Of a DNA stretch of 64,000 nucleotides, positions 62,696 to 64,000 are shown piece by piece. Origin of the DNA: Podarcis melisellensis (lineage: Eukaryota); NCBI GenBank assembly GCA_964234715.1, contig OZ174279.1; one strand, written 5' to 3'. Every line of letters starts with the position of its first letter. The stretch's first letter is position 1. The notes beneath the pieces were generated by a model. That model was not told where the DNA came from. It made no database searches and saw only the letters and a list, made by a program, of their open reading frames with translations. A program made the translations under genes and the position numbers.

Positions 62696-64000
62696 GCAGC
62701 TTGCCTCCTTGTTGCCAATGGTTTAATTGTTCATTGAGGCAATAGCGAACGCTAAAAGCTCTCAGACAATAAAACACAACTGAGTAAGAGGCTACACAAG
62801 TTCTTTGGACTACCTAAGATTATGCTCAAGTACATGTCAATTCTTTTAAAAAACAAGTTTAATGAATATGCTGCGATAAGATTAAACACACGAGATAATT
62901 TCGCTGGGCATATACATTTTATGCGAGACTCAAATGCACACATAAGCATGTAGGCACACACATAAAATGTAATATGTGGCTTTAACTATGCATCATCTAG
63001 CTAAATACTCCTCAGGTCCCACACAACATCCTATGTGAGTGGGGGACCCTCCCCACCCCACTGTGAAGATCCATTTCATTAAAACTATTTAGAAAAACTT
63101 CAAAGTTTTGAGGGAAACTATGCATTAGCATGATTATGCCACACAGCGGTAAGAGTTTTGGCTGGACAAACTAGGGAACTGTTGGTCACTGGCAAGAATA
63201 AGTAGTAGTTTGAAGTGGAAAGGGTACAAGAACTGAAAAATTAAGGTGAAAAACGGTTCAGGACAAAATGCAAAGTTTAAGGAAAGAGAGAGTTCAGAAA
63301 ACTCAAGGGACTGTTCACACATGTCTGCTCAACACTTGATATCTATAACACCAAAAATAGTTTGCATACGTTGAACAGCCGTCAGGAATAAAATGCATCA
63401 GTAACTCCTTTGTATCATCCCAATTAAAACCAAGGAACGTTTACACATTGTACAAATTTGATTACCAGTACTATGAAAGATGCCTGAAAAGTTCTCTGTC
63501 TAATTCCAAATCCAGCTTCATTCTATTTACACTGAACGTTTCAGCTCTCGTGATGTTGTGAAAAGCTATGAAAAACACAAACCAGCATATGTTTGGAAAG
63601 GTCAACTTTTAATAATTGCTTTTGTTACCATGTTATGTCATGAGTTACAAAGTCGCTAGAAAAAAGCATGAGTTCTGGGAAGGCTTGGGTTTGGTGTTTT
63701 TTTTTAAAAAAAAAAACATTCATATTCATTACATAAATACACCTGGCACTTTTATAGGACTCCTCTGGACAAAATACCTACCAAGAATCCTCAAAACTGT
63801 GATTGAGTCCTGGCTTCAAGGCCCTCTCTGTATTAAACTATTTATGTTCAGAATATGCAAACCGCCAAAAAAGAGAGAGAACAAAGTCAGCATGTTAGGA
63901 CACTACACAAAGTTTGTAGTAGCAGCTTGCCTCCTTGTTGCCAATGATTTAATTGTTCATTGAGGCAATAGCGAACGCTAAAAGCTCTCAGACAATAAAA
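62696..64000 (+). repeat. Direct repeat: 62696-62774 recurs at 63922-64000 (runs off window)
   Basis: 79 bp with 1 mismatch, 1226 bp apart. Confidence 0.9.

Overview
This is vertebrate genomic DNA. The Sauria SINEs, BovB and L2/CR1 repeats indicate a squamate, probably a lacertid lizard. It carries the conserved MMRN2 <- / -> SNCG -> ADIRF gene order. Genes reconstructed by hand from splice sites: (1) first coding exon of MMRN2 (minus strand, 13211-13473; the rest probably lies left of the window); (2) complete 5-coding-exon gamma-synuclein SNCG (24211-42922, 134 aa); (3) complete 3-exon ADIRF (47066-51675, 67 aa); (4) a second complete 3-exon ADIRF-like gene (59165-62245, 84 aa) that the ORF track does not show as a unit. 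It has its own TATA-like box, the same 63-nt phase-1/1 middle exon and a FAM25-like motif in its last exon. SNCG and both ADIRF-type proteins are small 11-mer-repeat amphipathic-helix proteins, so the window holds a tandem cluster of them. The rest is intronic/intergenic DNA dense in SINEs, LINE fragments, solo LTRs and MITEs (several nested), with microsatellites and two N gaps. Nearly all ORF-track entries are spurious. Comparisons to human proteins are from memory and need confirming by alignment.
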